NCBI GenBank assembly: GCA_963674945.2
Contig: CAXXWQ010000003.1
Coordinates: 192,001-256,000 of the forward strand
DNA: 64,000 nt
Source of the DNA: an uncultured Desulfosarcina sp.
Lineage (GTDB): Bacteria; Desulfobacterota; Desulfobacteria; Desulfobacterales; Desulfosarcinaceae
Reading direction: 5' to 3'
Part shown: piece by piece, positions 32,001-41,425 of the stretch
How the letters are laid out: every line of letters begins with the position of its first letter
Position numbering within the stretch: position 1 is the stretch's first letter
The notes under the pieces: generated by a model
Seen by the model: the letters and a program-made list of their open reading frames with translations, nothing else
What the model was told of the DNA's origin: nothing
The model's database searches: none
Made by a program: the position numbers and the translations under genes

Positions 32001-32097
32001 CATGCTCGACCGCAACCGGCCTTACCTCTTGTCGGGAAAGGTGGAGACCAACTGGGGGGCGGTGACCCTTACCGTGGATGGGGTGGAAAGGATCTAA
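29080..32097 (+). CDS. dnaE2: Error-prone DNA polymerase III alpha, DnaE2/ImuC-like
   Basis: Degenerate PHP domain, GRGSAA, catalytic PDIDVDF and KIDLLG, YSFCKPH, C-terminal OB fold, no tau-binding extension; 1005 aa; SOS cassette context. Confidence 0.88.
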   Translation: MRKAPPFVPLAVSSHYSLMRGTDSPAAICRAAKQMGYDRLALTDTDNIYGLWTFLHACREEELTPIVGARITDPKRKYDAVCLVKNDRGYANLCRLITRRHRDPAFDLSNTLPGLADGLLVLTADAGQLNRWRRAGVHTAAALPRRPLSPFHPLVQTARQLKIPLVATPDSFFLDSDGFIVHRLLRAIAGNTTLSRLDDHDTVSPDSRLATPDEYRQRFAPFPEAVANTFAMADELAFTGPDFGLVMPPWEEKQGCDADACLRQAAYTGARKRYGHELGEAVVQRMEHELSIIARMGFSAYFLVVQQIVRKSPRTCGRGSAAASLVAYCLGITNVCPIKHNLYFGRFLNPGRSDPPDIDVDFAWDERDAVIASVLKRFAGRCAMVASHILLQPRMALRETAKVFGMPDGEIGKITRRLPWFWRRGELDTGLLDSLRRRPETRHLDFAHPWPRIMALAQKIIGNPRHLSVHPGGVVITPSAIDGYVPLEDAPKEVPIIQWDKDGTEDAGLVKIDLLGNRSIGVIRDALANLRANGLAMDEIHWEPEDDPETQKAVAQGRTMGCFYIESPAMRLLHQKAGKGDFDHLIIHSSIIRPAANVYIQEYLRRLHGGGWAPIHPLLSDVLDETFGIMVYQEDVSRAAVALAGFSDAEADGLRKIIAKKDRRRQLADYHDRFLAGTAERGVLPDQAHAVWQMMTSFSGYSFCKPHSASYARVSFQAAYLKTHHPAEFMAGVISNRGGFYSTFAYVSEARRMGLSIDPPDVNASTIRWTGKGRRLRVGLSAVGGLSGGTMEKIIEERKAGFFTGINDFLDRVGPDEDEARALILCGALDAKDKRRSRTRMLWTLARWQADPRRTRRQESLFVDPLFDTDEMSSPFFPPADATERLRREFSVLGFLCDRHPITLFAEAIRSGKTVKVHRLSNLVGRRVRVAAWLVTGKTVHTRKGDPMEFLTFEDETGIVETTFFPEAYRRFCHMLDRNRPYLLSGKVETNWGAVTLTVDGVERI

Positions 32098-32237
32098 CGC
32101 CATGTTGCATGCCAATTGATTCAAGGAATATGGCAGTCACATCAAGGCTGGCGAATTTTATCGTGTGTCTTGTCTATTTCACGAATCAATCGCAATCGAT
32201 TGCCGTCACGAAGGGGATCGGCTTCATGGCCGTTTCT

Positions 32238-34382
32238 TCACCCCTTGATCAATAATTCTCTCTTGAAAGGTAGCTCTCGTAACCGGACGCCCGTCGCCGC
32301 AAAGACTGCATTGGCCACAGCAGGGGCGACCGATGGAAAAACAGGCTCACCAACTCCTCCTGCGTTACGGTCGTTTTTCGCGATATGCACCTCTATTTCG
32401 GGCACCTCGGACATGGTCAGCACAGGGTATTCATCATAGTTGGCCGTCTTCACGCCGCCGTTGTCAAAACTGACCTTTTCATGAAACGCCACGCTCAATC
32501 CCATGACAACACCGGCTTCGGCCTGAGCCCGGATCGCATCCGGGTACACGGCAGTTCCGCAATCTATGGCGCAGTGCATCTTATGCACGGTAATGCTCCC
32601 GTTTTTTCCGACCGATACCTCTGCCATATGAGCAGCAAAGGAGTCAAAACATGACGTTACGGCAACCCCTCTCGCTCTGCCCTTGGGAACAGGGCTGTTC
32701 CATCCTCCCTTCTCAGCTGCGAGAGACAGAACCTCATAGGGCCTGGAGCCTTTTTCCATGTGATCCAGGCGGAATCGAACCGGATCTTTTCCGGCTGCAT
32801 GGGCCATCTCGTCCATAAAAGACTCCACAACGAACGCATTCACCGAGTATCCCACCGAACGCCACCACCCCACGGTGATGGGAAGATTCATCATCACGTA
32901 GTCCACATACATGTTCGGAAACGAATAAGGCATATCCCGGATGCCTGAAACCGCATCGGGATCGATGCCGTTTTGCACGGCCTGGGGCATCAACCGGGAC
33001 ATGACGGACGGGGCAACAACCTTATGCGACCAGGCGATCAACCGGCCCTCTTTATCCAATCCGGCTTTTATCGTGCACTGACTTGCCGGACGAAACCGAT
33101 CGTTGGCAAAATCATCCTCGCGGGTCCAGATCACTTTTACCGGACGGTCCAGTGTTTTGGAAAGCAATACCGAGTCGACAACCGCATCCTGTTCCCCGCG
33201 CAGACCGAATCCTCCGCCGGCCGGCAAGGTCATGACCTCCACTTTCTCAACTGGCAGACCTGTTAACCTGGATGCCGTTGCCTGGGTGGCGGTTTGACCC
33301 TGGGTCGGCACCCATATTCTGCAGCAACCTTTTTCCACATGGGCGGTGCAATTGATCGGTTCTGCCTGGGCGTGAGAAATGTAAGGAAGTTTGTAAGATT
33401 GTTCCATCGTCTGAGCAGATTGCGCCAATGCCTTGTGAACATCACCGCTGTTTTCGGCCACTGCCCCCGGTTTTTCAAGATGGGCTTTGAACGAAGCATC
33501 GATCGACTGATCATTCAAGTCAGGACGGGACCCCTCGGACCACTTGATGTCGAGCGCATTCCGCCCCTGCATGGCGGCATACGTCGTTTCCGCACATACG
33601 GCGACCCTGTCTTCCAATGGTACTACCCTGATCACCCCTTTGACGGCCAGTGCCGCCTTGGCATCATAGGATTGAAGAGACGCTCCGTATCGGGACGGCC
33701 TGGCCACAACGGCGATGCACATGCCGGGTATGGTGAAATCGAGACCAAAAATCGTTTTTCCCATCACTTTGTCCGGAATATCCAATCTTTTCCTTGGGGT
33801 GCCGATAATGCGATAATTCTTTGGATCTTTAAGGGGAGGATTTTCGGGAACCGGACGTTTTGCGGCGACTTCCGCCAACTGTCCATAGGTTCGGCTACGC
33901 CCGTCCGGATGGTTGACGTTTCCATCCTTTGCGATACATTTTTTAGCGGAAAGCCCCCACTGTTCGGCTGCCGCTTCAACCAGCATCTGCCTGGCCGCGG
34001 CGCCGACCTTGCGAAGCAACGCCCACCGATGGCGGATGCTGCTGCTTCCGCCGGTCACCTGTGCATGCCACACGGGACTTTTGAAAGGCTCGGCGGCAAG
34101 CGCCATTTTTACCTGCACCCTTTCCCAGGCCGCATCCAGTTCATCGGCGATAATCATCGGGATGCCGGTGTGCGTTCCCTGGCCGAGATTGGTCTGACCG
34201 ACCCAAACGGTGACCGTATCATCGGTCGCAATCTCCAGAAACGCGTGGGGTTTGAACGGAAGTCCCGAAGCGCCCCTTGCCGAAGATGCATTAAACAGGT
34301 TTATAGAACCCGAAAAAGCGGTGGCGGCAATCACCAAACTGCTTTTCTGTAAAAATGATCTTCTCGTCATATCGGTTCTCAT
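32238..34382 (-). CDS. Xanthine oxidase family molybdopterin-binding subunit, IorB-like, Tat-exported
   Basis: Tat signal TRRSFLQ, LGQG, VTGGSSS, GGGFG, WWRSVG and GVGEP. Confidence 0.9.
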   Translation of the reverse strand: MRTDMTRRSFLQKSSLVIAATAFSGSINLFNASSARGASGLPFKPHAFLEIATDDTVTVWVGQTNLGQGTHTGIPMIIADELDAAWERVQVKMALAAEPFKSPVWHAQVTGGSSSIRHRWALLRKVGAAARQMLVEAAAEQWGLSAKKCIAKDGNVNHPDGRSRTYGQLAEVAAKRPVPENPPLKDPKNYRIIGTPRKRLDIPDKVMGKTIFGLDFTIPGMCIAVVARPSRYGASLQSYDAKAALAVKGVIRVVPLEDRVAVCAETTYAAMQGRNALDIKWSEGSRPDLNDQSIDASFKAHLEKPGAVAENSGDVHKALAQSAQTMEQSYKLPYISHAQAEPINCTAHVEKGCCRIWVPTQGQTATQATASRLTGLPVEKVEVMTLPAGGGFGLRGEQDAVVDSVLLSKTLDRPVKVIWTREDDFANDRFRPASQCTIKAGLDKEGRLIAWSHKVVAPSVMSRLMPQAVQNGIDPDAVSGIRDMPYSFPNMYVDYVMMNLPITVGWWRSVGYSVNAFVVESFMDEMAHAAGKDPVRFRLDHMEKGSRPYEVLSLAAEKGGWNSPVPKGRARGVAVTSCFDSFAAHMAEVSVGKNGSITVHKMHCAIDCGTAVYPDAIRAQAEAGVVMGLSVAFHEKVSFDNGGVKTANYDEYPVLTMSEVPEIEVHIAKNDRNAGGVGEPVFPSVAPAVANAVFAATGVRLRELPFKRELLIKG

Positions 34383-34385
34383 GGC

Positions 34386-34847
34386 CTACCCTCCCTGTTT
34401 AGCGGTCATTTCGGCAGCCAGCATGATGGCCTGTTTAATCCTCGGATGTGAACCGCATCTGCAAATGACGTTATCCATGGCGTCGTTGACCTGGTCTTCG
34501 GATGGATTGGGTACCCGAGACAAAAAATCAACGGCCTGCAGCATAATGCCGGGCTGGCAGTATCCGCACTGGGGCACCTGTTTTTCGATCCAGGCAACCT
34601 TCACCGGATGATCGTCGGGCAAGCCTTCGATGGTCGTGATGTCACTTCCTTCGACATCTTCCATACTGACCACGCAAGAACGTCGAGCCTCGCCGTTAAT
34701 GAGTACCGTGCACATACCGCACTCTGCAATACCGCAGGTGTATTTCACGCTTGTAATCCCCAGGTTGTCCCGCAGGACCCATAACAAAGGGGTCTCCGGA
34801 GTCGCATCGACCTTCTTTTCCATACCGTTCACAATTAATGTAAACAT
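34386..34847 (-). CDS. 2x[2Fe-2S] small subunit, IorA-like
   Basis: LLWVLRD, CGIAECGMC, QCGYCQPG and CRCG. Confidence 0.93.
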   Translation of the reverse strand: MFTLIVNGMEKKVDATPETPLLWVLRDNLGITSVKYTCGIAECGMCTVLINGEARRSCVVSMEDVEGSDITTIEGLPDDHPVKVAWIEKQVPQCGYCQPGIMLQAVDFLSRVPNPSEDQVNDAMDNVICRCGSHPRIKQAIMLAAEMTAKQGG

Positions 34848-35069
34848 TTCGTCTCCTCTATTCGGTTATCCTGTTTATGGTAAGAATGAACCCGGCATTC
34901 CCTGTGCCGATCAGGATGAAGACACCAAACCCAATCCTGGGTTCTTCAGGCGTTCACTTGATTACGATTTGCTCATCGTCTCGCGGACCGATGCCGATCT
35001 TCTCCGTGTGTTCTATACAGTTGCGCCATTTAGAATCAGGTCTGGAAATTGAATCGATATTAACTTTAC

Positions 35070-36725
35070 CCTGAATCAGTGGCCTAATTTTTGCTGTTAG
35101 GATTGGCGCGGGGCGATTGCCTCACACACCATCATTTGTTGATAATTTTTCTCACTATTTTCAAATTTCGAAGGAATTTTGCTCCTGTTTCTCATTCTTT
35201 AGCCATAGCAAATCACCAAGCAAATGCCTGTAAAATTGTTCTTTTAAAAATTATAGCTACTTCATAGCGGAAAGCAAATTCAGACGAAGATAAATCCGAT
35301 CCATCAGTTTGGAAAATGGATTGAGTTGGCCAAAGGATATGTACCATTTTCTACTTCTGGTTACTAATCGACCGGCCATATACATCAAGTCCTGCATGAC
35401 TGTCCGGATTCGACGCCGGGTAACTTTCTTCCGGCGTATACCGGGCAATTCAGTCGGATCACTCTCTTCGATGCTGATTTGTCCGATAATCCGTAGCATG
35501 TTGTACGTCAGCATCGCCAAATGAAGAATCAAGCTATTGGTGGAAAAATGACCGCTCGGCAAGCGCTCCAGGCCCATGTCGGATTTGAGTTCGGAGTGAA
35601 ACTGCTCGCTGGTACCGTGATCGTGATAAAGTCGAATCACCTCATCCGGTGGCAACTGTGCGAGGCTGCACCAATAGGTATCGATCTGATACTCGGGGAA
35701 CAGCAGTACTTGGCCCTTTTTGGTATGCCTTTCGGTAACCTCAAAGATGATTGGGTAGCGCAATGGATTGCCGTTGATGTCTTCAATCGTCTTTCCGATC
35801 CATACACATTTTCCTGAGCGGCAATGCTGTTGCTTGCCGGATTTTTTTGCCAGATCAACCCACTTTTGAACAGATTCTCTACGCAAATTGCGTTTGATGA
35901 TAAAGTGGACATTCTTTCGTGAATCGTCAGGAAAGTTGTCTTGACTGTCGTTTCCTGAATCCAACCTCATCAAAATAGGCTGATCGGTAATTTGCCTGGC
36001 ATAATCCAAGGTGGCGTTGATAAATTCGGGGGTGTTTTTCTGGCAGTGTTGTTTTCCTTCTCTGAACTCAAGATTCACCAGATACCCCTCGGTGCCCAGG
36101 TAGGCAAAGATCGGAGCGAAGCCATCCGTGCCTTTGTAGGTTCTGGAAACGCCTTCCTTTTGAGTCTTTGAGTTGTCAAACGGACTCACATCCATATCCA
36201 AAGGAAGGAAATCACCCGCACTGGTTTGGATGGGTGAAATCGCCGGAGCGCAGGATCGAACCAAATCAACGCCTGCATCCTTAATCAGCTTATCGGCTTG
36301 GTTGCCGATCAAATCGATTCGCTGACGCAATGTCGGGCTTGACGGGCATGCACGATTGCCAATGGCCTTGTTGAAAAATTCTTGCTTCTCACGAAAAATC
36401 TCGATCGCATCGTAATCAGGTTTACCAATACTCATGAGAGCAATCATCGAAGCTAAAATGTCACCATGAGAAATTTTCGGGTCTACACAATGGACGCCGT
36501 TGATCTTTTCGAAACGGAACCTGAAATTTATCGCATCAAGTAATGCGCCGATATTGATCAATCCGCTATGACTGGCAAGTTTTTCCATCTCGTGTTTTAT
36601 GGTGATCGGACGCCGCATTGATTTCACCTCCGAAGTGAGCGTTTAGTGCCCTAATATTACCATAATATATATGTTTTATCAATTGGTTATAGTGTTTTAA
36701 TCAGGTTTTGTGCCACGGAAACAGG
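35070..36725 (-). mobile_element. IS1380 family insertion sequence, apparently complete (1656 bp)
   Basis: TIRs CCTGAATCAGTGGC / GCCACGGAAACAGG (11/14 match); direct repeat TTTAC at 35065-35069 and 36726-36730. Confidence 0.9.
35257..36618 (-). CDS. IS1380 family DDE transposase
   Basis: LDMDVSPFDNS, RLDSGND and YHDHGTSEQFHSELK; GGAGGTG RBS before ATG 36618; frame intact. Confidence 0.9.
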   Translation of the reverse strand: MRRPITIKHEMEKLASHSGLINIGALLDAINFRFRFEKINGVHCVDPKISHGDILASMIALMSIGKPDYDAIEIFREKQEFFNKAIGNRACPSSPTLRQRIDLIGNQADKLIKDAGVDLVRSCAPAISPIQTSAGDFLPLDMDVSPFDNSKTQKEGVSRTYKGTDGFAPIFAYLGTEGYLVNLEFREGKQHCQKNTPEFINATLDYARQITDQPILMRLDSGNDSQDNFPDDSRKNVHFIIKRNLRRESVQKWVDLAKKSGKQQHCRSGKCVWIGKTIEDINGNPLRYPIIFEVTERHTKKGQVLLFPEYQIDTYWCSLAQLPPDEVIRLYHDHGTSEQFHSELKSDMGLERLPSGHFSTNSLILHLAMLTYNMLRIIGQISIEESDPTELPGIRRKKVTRRRIRTVMQDLMYMAGRLVTRSRKWYISFGQLNPFSKLMDRIYLRLNLLSAMK

Positions 36726-37159
36726 TTTACGTTAGCGTTTCATCAGAGAATATTTCGATCCGAAAACAGTCAATGTCGTGTCCGGTCGAGCTGCAGGGTT
36801 TCACGGTACTGATGGTAGGCACAAAAGGTTAATTCTTTTCGCGATCCCTATGATAATAGATTCATATATCGCACGACAATAGAGCGGATAAAAAAGATAG
36901 ATACCTTGATCGTCTATTGATTTCAAGGCAAACATCATCGATCCCATATATTGCAGTCGCCCATTTTGTCCCGAAGCACAGATTAGGAATCACCAACGTA
37001 TTGCAACATCAACTTACCGATCTATTAATTTTAAAACTTACAGTTAGTTATTTTCTTATATGATTTCTTTCTTCCGGGTATTGCGTCGGCCGGATGTTAT
37101 TGGCCATCACCTCAAAGTCAGCGTGACTTGATATTCTTTAAAATTTCGTTATACCCGAA

Positions 37160-37188
37160 TTGACACAGTGCCATGAATGCGATAGAAT
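37160..37188 (+). promoter_or_regulatory. Sigma70-type promoter upstream of the mop operon
   Basis: TTGACA-17 nt-TAGAAT about 350 bp before ATG 37535. Confidence 0.5.
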
Positions 37189-37534
37189 ATTTGCACATGC
37201 TTCAATTCCGAATGAAACTTTGCGAACGTCTCATTCCTTGTTGAATAGCGAGGTTCTTTTTTCATTCTCTTTCTGAGCGGAAACGCATATTCCAAAGTTC
37301 GACGATCGCACCGTATGACTGATGCGGTAAGATCGGCAATTCAAGCGGTTCAAGCGGCCGAGACGGGTTTCGCCTGATTTCAGATATATTCATTCGATTT
37401 TTCCTTTTCCCCATTTGCTCACAGCAATGGTGTTCATGGAGAACGCCAGCAGAGCGGGCTGTGATTTTTTGGATTTCGTCTTGCCACATTGGCATGACAA
37501 TCTTCATGTTTCTACCGGTTGAGGTACGCAATCG

Positions 37535-38560
37535 ATGAAAGCAATTCCCGTTGCCGAGGCCGTCGGTATGGTTTTGGGACATGATGTGACCCGAATCATA
37601 CCTGGAAAAGAAAAAGGTCCCGCCTTTAAAAAAGGCCACATTATCCGTCAGGAGGAGATTAGAGATTTTTTACGTATGGGCAAAGAGAATATTTTTGTTC
37701 TCGATTTGCATCCGGGCATGCTTCACGAAGACGTAGCCGCCGGGCGCATCGCCAGTGCGGCGGCGGGCGCAGGAATACGCCTGGGCGATCCCGCGGAGGG
37801 CCGTGTGAACATGTTCGCCGAAGACGCCGGCTTGCTCAAAATCGATGTTCCTGCCCTCAAACGGATCAACAGCCTCGGTCAGATCGCTTTTTCGACCCTG
37901 CACACCTTTCAGCCCGTGCGTGCCGGCCAGACCGTTGCCGGTACCCGGGTCGTACCGTTGATTATCGACGAGCGGGAAGTCGTCGAGGCCGAGGCGCTCT
38001 GCGCGGCGAATTTCCCCCTGATTCAGGTCAGGCCATACAAAACTTGCCGTGTGGGGGTGGTGACCACCGGCAGCGAAATCTATCATGGCCGCATCAAAGA
38101 CGGTTTCGGACCGGTGGTCGAGAAGAAATTCCAGGCCCTGGGCAGTAGTGTGATCCGCCAGATCCTGGTTTCCGATGACCGGCAGATGACCGTCGACGCC
38201 ATCCATGAACTGATTGCCGACGGTGCCGAGATGATCATGGTCACCGGCGGCATGTCCGTGGATCCCGACGACCAGACGCCGGCCAGCATCCGGGCCGCCG
38301 GTGGCCGGGTGATCGCCTATGGCGCACCGGTTTTTCCGGGGGCCATGTTCATGCTGGCCACAATCGGGGATATCCCCGTGGCCGGTCTGCCGGGATGTGT
38401 CATGTACTATCCCAACAGCATTTTCGATCTGGTGATCCCGCGTCTTCTGGCCAGCGAGCCGGTGACGCGTGAAGATATCGCCGCCCTGGGACACGGTGGG
38501 CTATGCGCCGGATGTGACGTATGCCGCTATCCCGCGTGCGGCTTCGGCAAAGGCTTCTGA
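37535..38560 (+). CDS. Molybdopterin-binding (MoeA/MogA-like) protein with a C-terminal Cys cluster
   Basis: VTTGSE, TGGMSVDPDD, GAPVFPGAM, GLPGC and terminal CAGCDVCRYPAC. Confidence 0.85.
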   Translation: MKAIPVAEAVGMVLGHDVTRIIPGKEKGPAFKKGHIIRQEEIRDFLRMGKENIFVLDLHPGMLHEDVAAGRIASAAAGAGIRLGDPAEGRVNMFAEDAGLLKIDVPALKRINSLGQIAFSTLHTFQPVRAGQTVAGTRVVPLIIDEREVVEAEALCAANFPLIQVRPYKTCRVGVVTTGSEIYHGRIKDGFGPVVEKKFQALGSSVIRQILVSDDRQMTVDAIHELIADGAEMIMVTGGMSVDPDDQTPASIRAAGGRVIAYGAPVFPGAMFMLATIGDIPVAGLPGCVMYYPNSIFDLVIPRLLASEPVTREDIAALGHGGLCAGCDVCRYPACGFGKGF

Positions 38561-38615
38561 TGAAAGGCCCGAACTTCATTGACAGGTTTTTTTATCAAAC
38601 AAAAGGAGAGGAATT

Positions 38616-41336
38616 ATGATTTCACGCAATATCCTGCTCAACGGCACCAACAAGGTTGTGATTGCCTCGGAAAAGGATCGCCTGTCCGATATCCTGCGTG
38701 CCCAGTTGGGGCTGACCGGGACAAAGGTAGGCTGCGGCCAGGGGCAGTGCGGTGCCTGCAACGTCATCATGAACGGCAAGCTGGTACGCTCCTGTATCAC
38801 CAAATTCTCACGGGTCCCCGAGGGGGCGGCCGTGACCACCATCGAAGGCATCGGAACCCCGGGCGGATTGCATCCCCTGCAATTGGCCTGGATCGCCCAC
38901 GGCTGCGCCCAGTGCGGGTTCTGCAGCCCCGGTTTTATCGTCTCGGCCAAGGCCCTTCTGGATGAAAATCCAAGCCCCACCCGCGAAGAAGTCCGTGATT
39001 GGTTCCAGAAAAGCCGCAACGCCTGCCGTTGTACCGGTTACAAGCCCCTGGTGGACGCGGTCATGGACGCCGCCAAGGTACTGCGAAAAGAGATGCCGGC
39101 CGATGAACTCAATTTCAAGATTCCCGCCGACGGACGCATCTGGGGGACCAAATACCCGCGACCGACGGCCATCGCAAAAGTGACCGGCACTCTGGATTAC
39201 GGTGCCGACCTGGGCCTCAAACTTCCCGAGGACCGCCTGAACATGGCGCTGGTGCAGGCCATGATTTCCCATGCCAACATCAACGGCATCGATACCTCCG
39301 AGGCGGAGAAAATGCCCGGCGTGTTCAAGGTCATCACCCACAAGGATGTCCCCGGCAAAAACCGCATCACCGGGCTGATCACCTTTCCTTCCAACAAGGG
39401 AGACGGCTGGGATCGCCCCATCTTGAATGACAGCAAGGTCTTCCAGTACGGCGACGCCATCGCCATTGTCTGTGCCGACACCGAACACCACGCCAAGGAG
39501 GCGGCCGAAAAGGTCAAGGTGGATCTGGAGCCGTTGCCCGAATACATGAGCGCCCCGGCGGCCATGGCCGACGATGCCATCGAGATCCATCCGGGCACGC
39601 CCAATGTCTACTACATTCAGAAAATCGCCAAGGGTGGTGAGATCGCACCGATTTTCGATTCGGCCGACGCGACGGTGGAGGACGACTTCTACGTCGGCCG
39701 CCAGCCACACATGCCCATCGAGCCCGACGTGGGGTTTGCCTATAAAAATGATGACGGCAAACTGGTGATTCACTCCAAGTCCATCGGCCTGCACCTGCAT
39801 GCCTCCATGATCGCTCCCGGCATGGGTGTGGAGCTGGACAACCTGATCATGGTCCAGAATCCGGCCGGCGGTACGTTTGGCTATAAGTTCAGCCCTACCA
39901 TGGAAGCCCTGGTGGGCGTGGCCGCCCTGGTCACCGGACGGCCCTGTTTCCTCAAATACGATTACCACCAGCAACAAACCTACACGGGCAAACGTTCACC
40001 GTTCTTCATGAACATGCGTTTTGCAGCGGACAAGGACGGCAAGCTTCTGGCCATGGAAACCGACTACAGCGTGGACCATGGGCCTTACTCGGAGTTCGGC
40101 GACCTGTTGACCCTGCGTGGTACCCAGTTTATGGGTGCCGGTTACGACATCCCCAATATTCGTGGTGAGGGGCGCACGGTCTGTACCAACCATGCCTGGG
40201 GATCGGCGTTCAGGGCCTATGGTTCCCCCCAGAGCGAGTTCGCCTCGGAAGTACTGATGGACGAACTGGCCGAAAAACTGGGTATGGATCCTTTGGAGAT
40301 CCGCTACAAGAACGTTTACAGGAAAGGTTCCACGACGCCTACCGGTCAGGATCCGGAAGTCTACAGCCTGCCCGAAATGATCGATATCCTGCGTCCAAAA
40401 TACAAGGCGGCCCTGGACAAGGCCAAGGCCGAATCCACCGCCGGGACGAAAAAAGGCGTCGGCATCTCCGTTGGCGTATACGGCTGCGGTCTCGACGGCC
40501 CGGATGCCTCAGAGGCCTGGGTGGAACTCAACGCCGACGATACGATCACCGTCTACTCCTGCTGGGAGGACCACGGCCAGGGCGCCGATGCCGGTGCGCT
40601 GGGATCGGCCTTCGAGACGCTACGGGTGACAGGAATTACGCCGGATCGGGTGAAACTGGTGATGAACGACACGAGCAAGGCTCCCAATTCCGGTCCGGCC
40701 GGCGGCAGCCGCTCCCAGGTCATGACCGGCCAGGCCATTCGAAAGGCCTCCGAAGCGCTGGTGGCGGCCATGAAAAAACCGGACGGCGCTTACCGCAACT
40801 ATGCCGAAATGCAGGCCGATAAAATCCCGGTGCATTATGCAGGGCAGTGGACCGCCCCGGCCACCAACTGCGACGAAAACAGCCAGGGTTCGCCGTTCTC
40901 GGTCTACATGTACGGTGTTTTCATGGCCCAGGTGGCCGTGGAGACGGCCACCGGCAAGACCACGGTGGAGAAAATGACCCTGGTATCCGACATCGGCAAG
41001 ATCAACAACCGCCTGGTGGTGGATGGCCAGATGTACGGTGGCATGGCCCAGGGCATCGGCCTGGCGCTCACAGAGGACTACGAGGATATTAAAAAGCATT
41101 CCACCATGGCCGGTGCGGGATTTCCCTACATCAAGCAGATTCCTGACGACATGGAATTGATTTATGTGGAAACCCCGCGTAAGGACGGCCCATACGGCGC
41201 CGCCGGCGTGGGCGAGATGCCGTTGACCAGCCCCCATGCGGCGATCATTAACGGGATTTACAATGCCTGCGGCGTTCGCATCACCCGATTGCCGGCCTTG
41301 CCGGAAAAGGTGCTGGCCGGATTGCAAGCCAAGTAG
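38616..41336 (+). CDS. mop: Molybdenum aldehyde oxidoreductase, Mop/MOD type
   Basis: 906 aa; two [2Fe-2S] motifs ([14 protein letters not shown]...CRCTGY), no FAD domain, [21 protein letters not shown] and GVGE; layout matches Desulfovibrio Mop as I recall it. Confidence 0.93.
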   Translation: MISRNILLNGTNKVVIASEKDRLSDILRAQLGLTGTKVGCGQGQCGACNVIMNGKLVRSCITKFSRVPEGAAVTTIEGIGTPGGLHPLQLAWIAHGCAQCGFCSPGFIVSAKALLDENPSPTREEVRDWFQKSRNACRCTGYKPLVDAVMDAAKVLRKEMPADELNFKIPADGRIWGTKYPRPTAIAKVTGTLDYGADLGLKLPEDRLNMALVQAMISHANINGIDTSEAEKMPGVFKVITHKDVPGKNRITGLITFPSNKGDGWDRPILNDSKVFQYGDAIAIVCADTEHHAKEAAEKVKVDLEPLPEYMSAPAAMADDAIEIHPGTPNVYYIQKIAKGGEIAPIFDSADATVEDDFYVGRQPHMPIEPDVGFAYKNDDGKLVIHSKSIGLHLHASMIAPGMGVELDNLIMVQNPAGGTFGYKFSPTMEALVGVAALVTGRPCFLKYDYHQQQTYTGKRSPFFMNMRFAADKDGKLLAMETDYSVDHGPYSEFGDLLTLRGTQFMGAGYDIPNIRGEGRTVCTNHAWGSAFRAYGSPQSEFASEVLMDELAEKLGMDPLEIRYKNVYRKGSTTPTGQDPEVYSLPEMIDILRPKYKAALDKAKAESTAGTKKGVGISVGVYGCGLDGPDASEAWVELNADDTITVYSCWEDHGQGADAGALGSAFETLRVTGITPDRVKLVMNDTSKAPNSGPAGGSRSQVMTGQAIRKASEALVAAMKKPDGAYRNYAEMQADKIPVHYAGQWTAPATNCDENSQGSPFSVYMYGVFMAQVAVETATGKTTVEKMTLVSDIGKINNRLVVDGQMYGGMAQGIGLALTEDYEDIKKHSTMAGAGFPYIKQIPDDMELIYVETPRKDGPYGAAGVGEMPLTSPHAAIINGIYNACGVRITRLPALPEKVLAGLQAK

Positions 41337-41368
41337 CAGCCTAGCGCGTTAGTGGCGTTTAAAAAGAG

Positions 41369-41405
41369 AAGGCGACCGTTGGCAAAGACTGCCAACGGTC
41401 GCCTT
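41369..41405. terminator. Perfect 16 bp intercistronic hairpin after mop
   Basis: AAGGCGACCGTTGGCA-aagac-TGCCAACGGTCGCCTT; T-tract on the minus strand only. Confidence 0.6.
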
Positions 41406-41425
41406 GACATAACGGGAATACCACC

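Noticed and set aside
37195..37534. Moco/Wco riboswitch in the long leader of the mop operon
   Set aside because: Small hairpins exist (GCG-GAAA-CGC; ACCGTAT/ATGCGGT), but I could not match the multi-stem consensus by eye. An Rfam search is needed.
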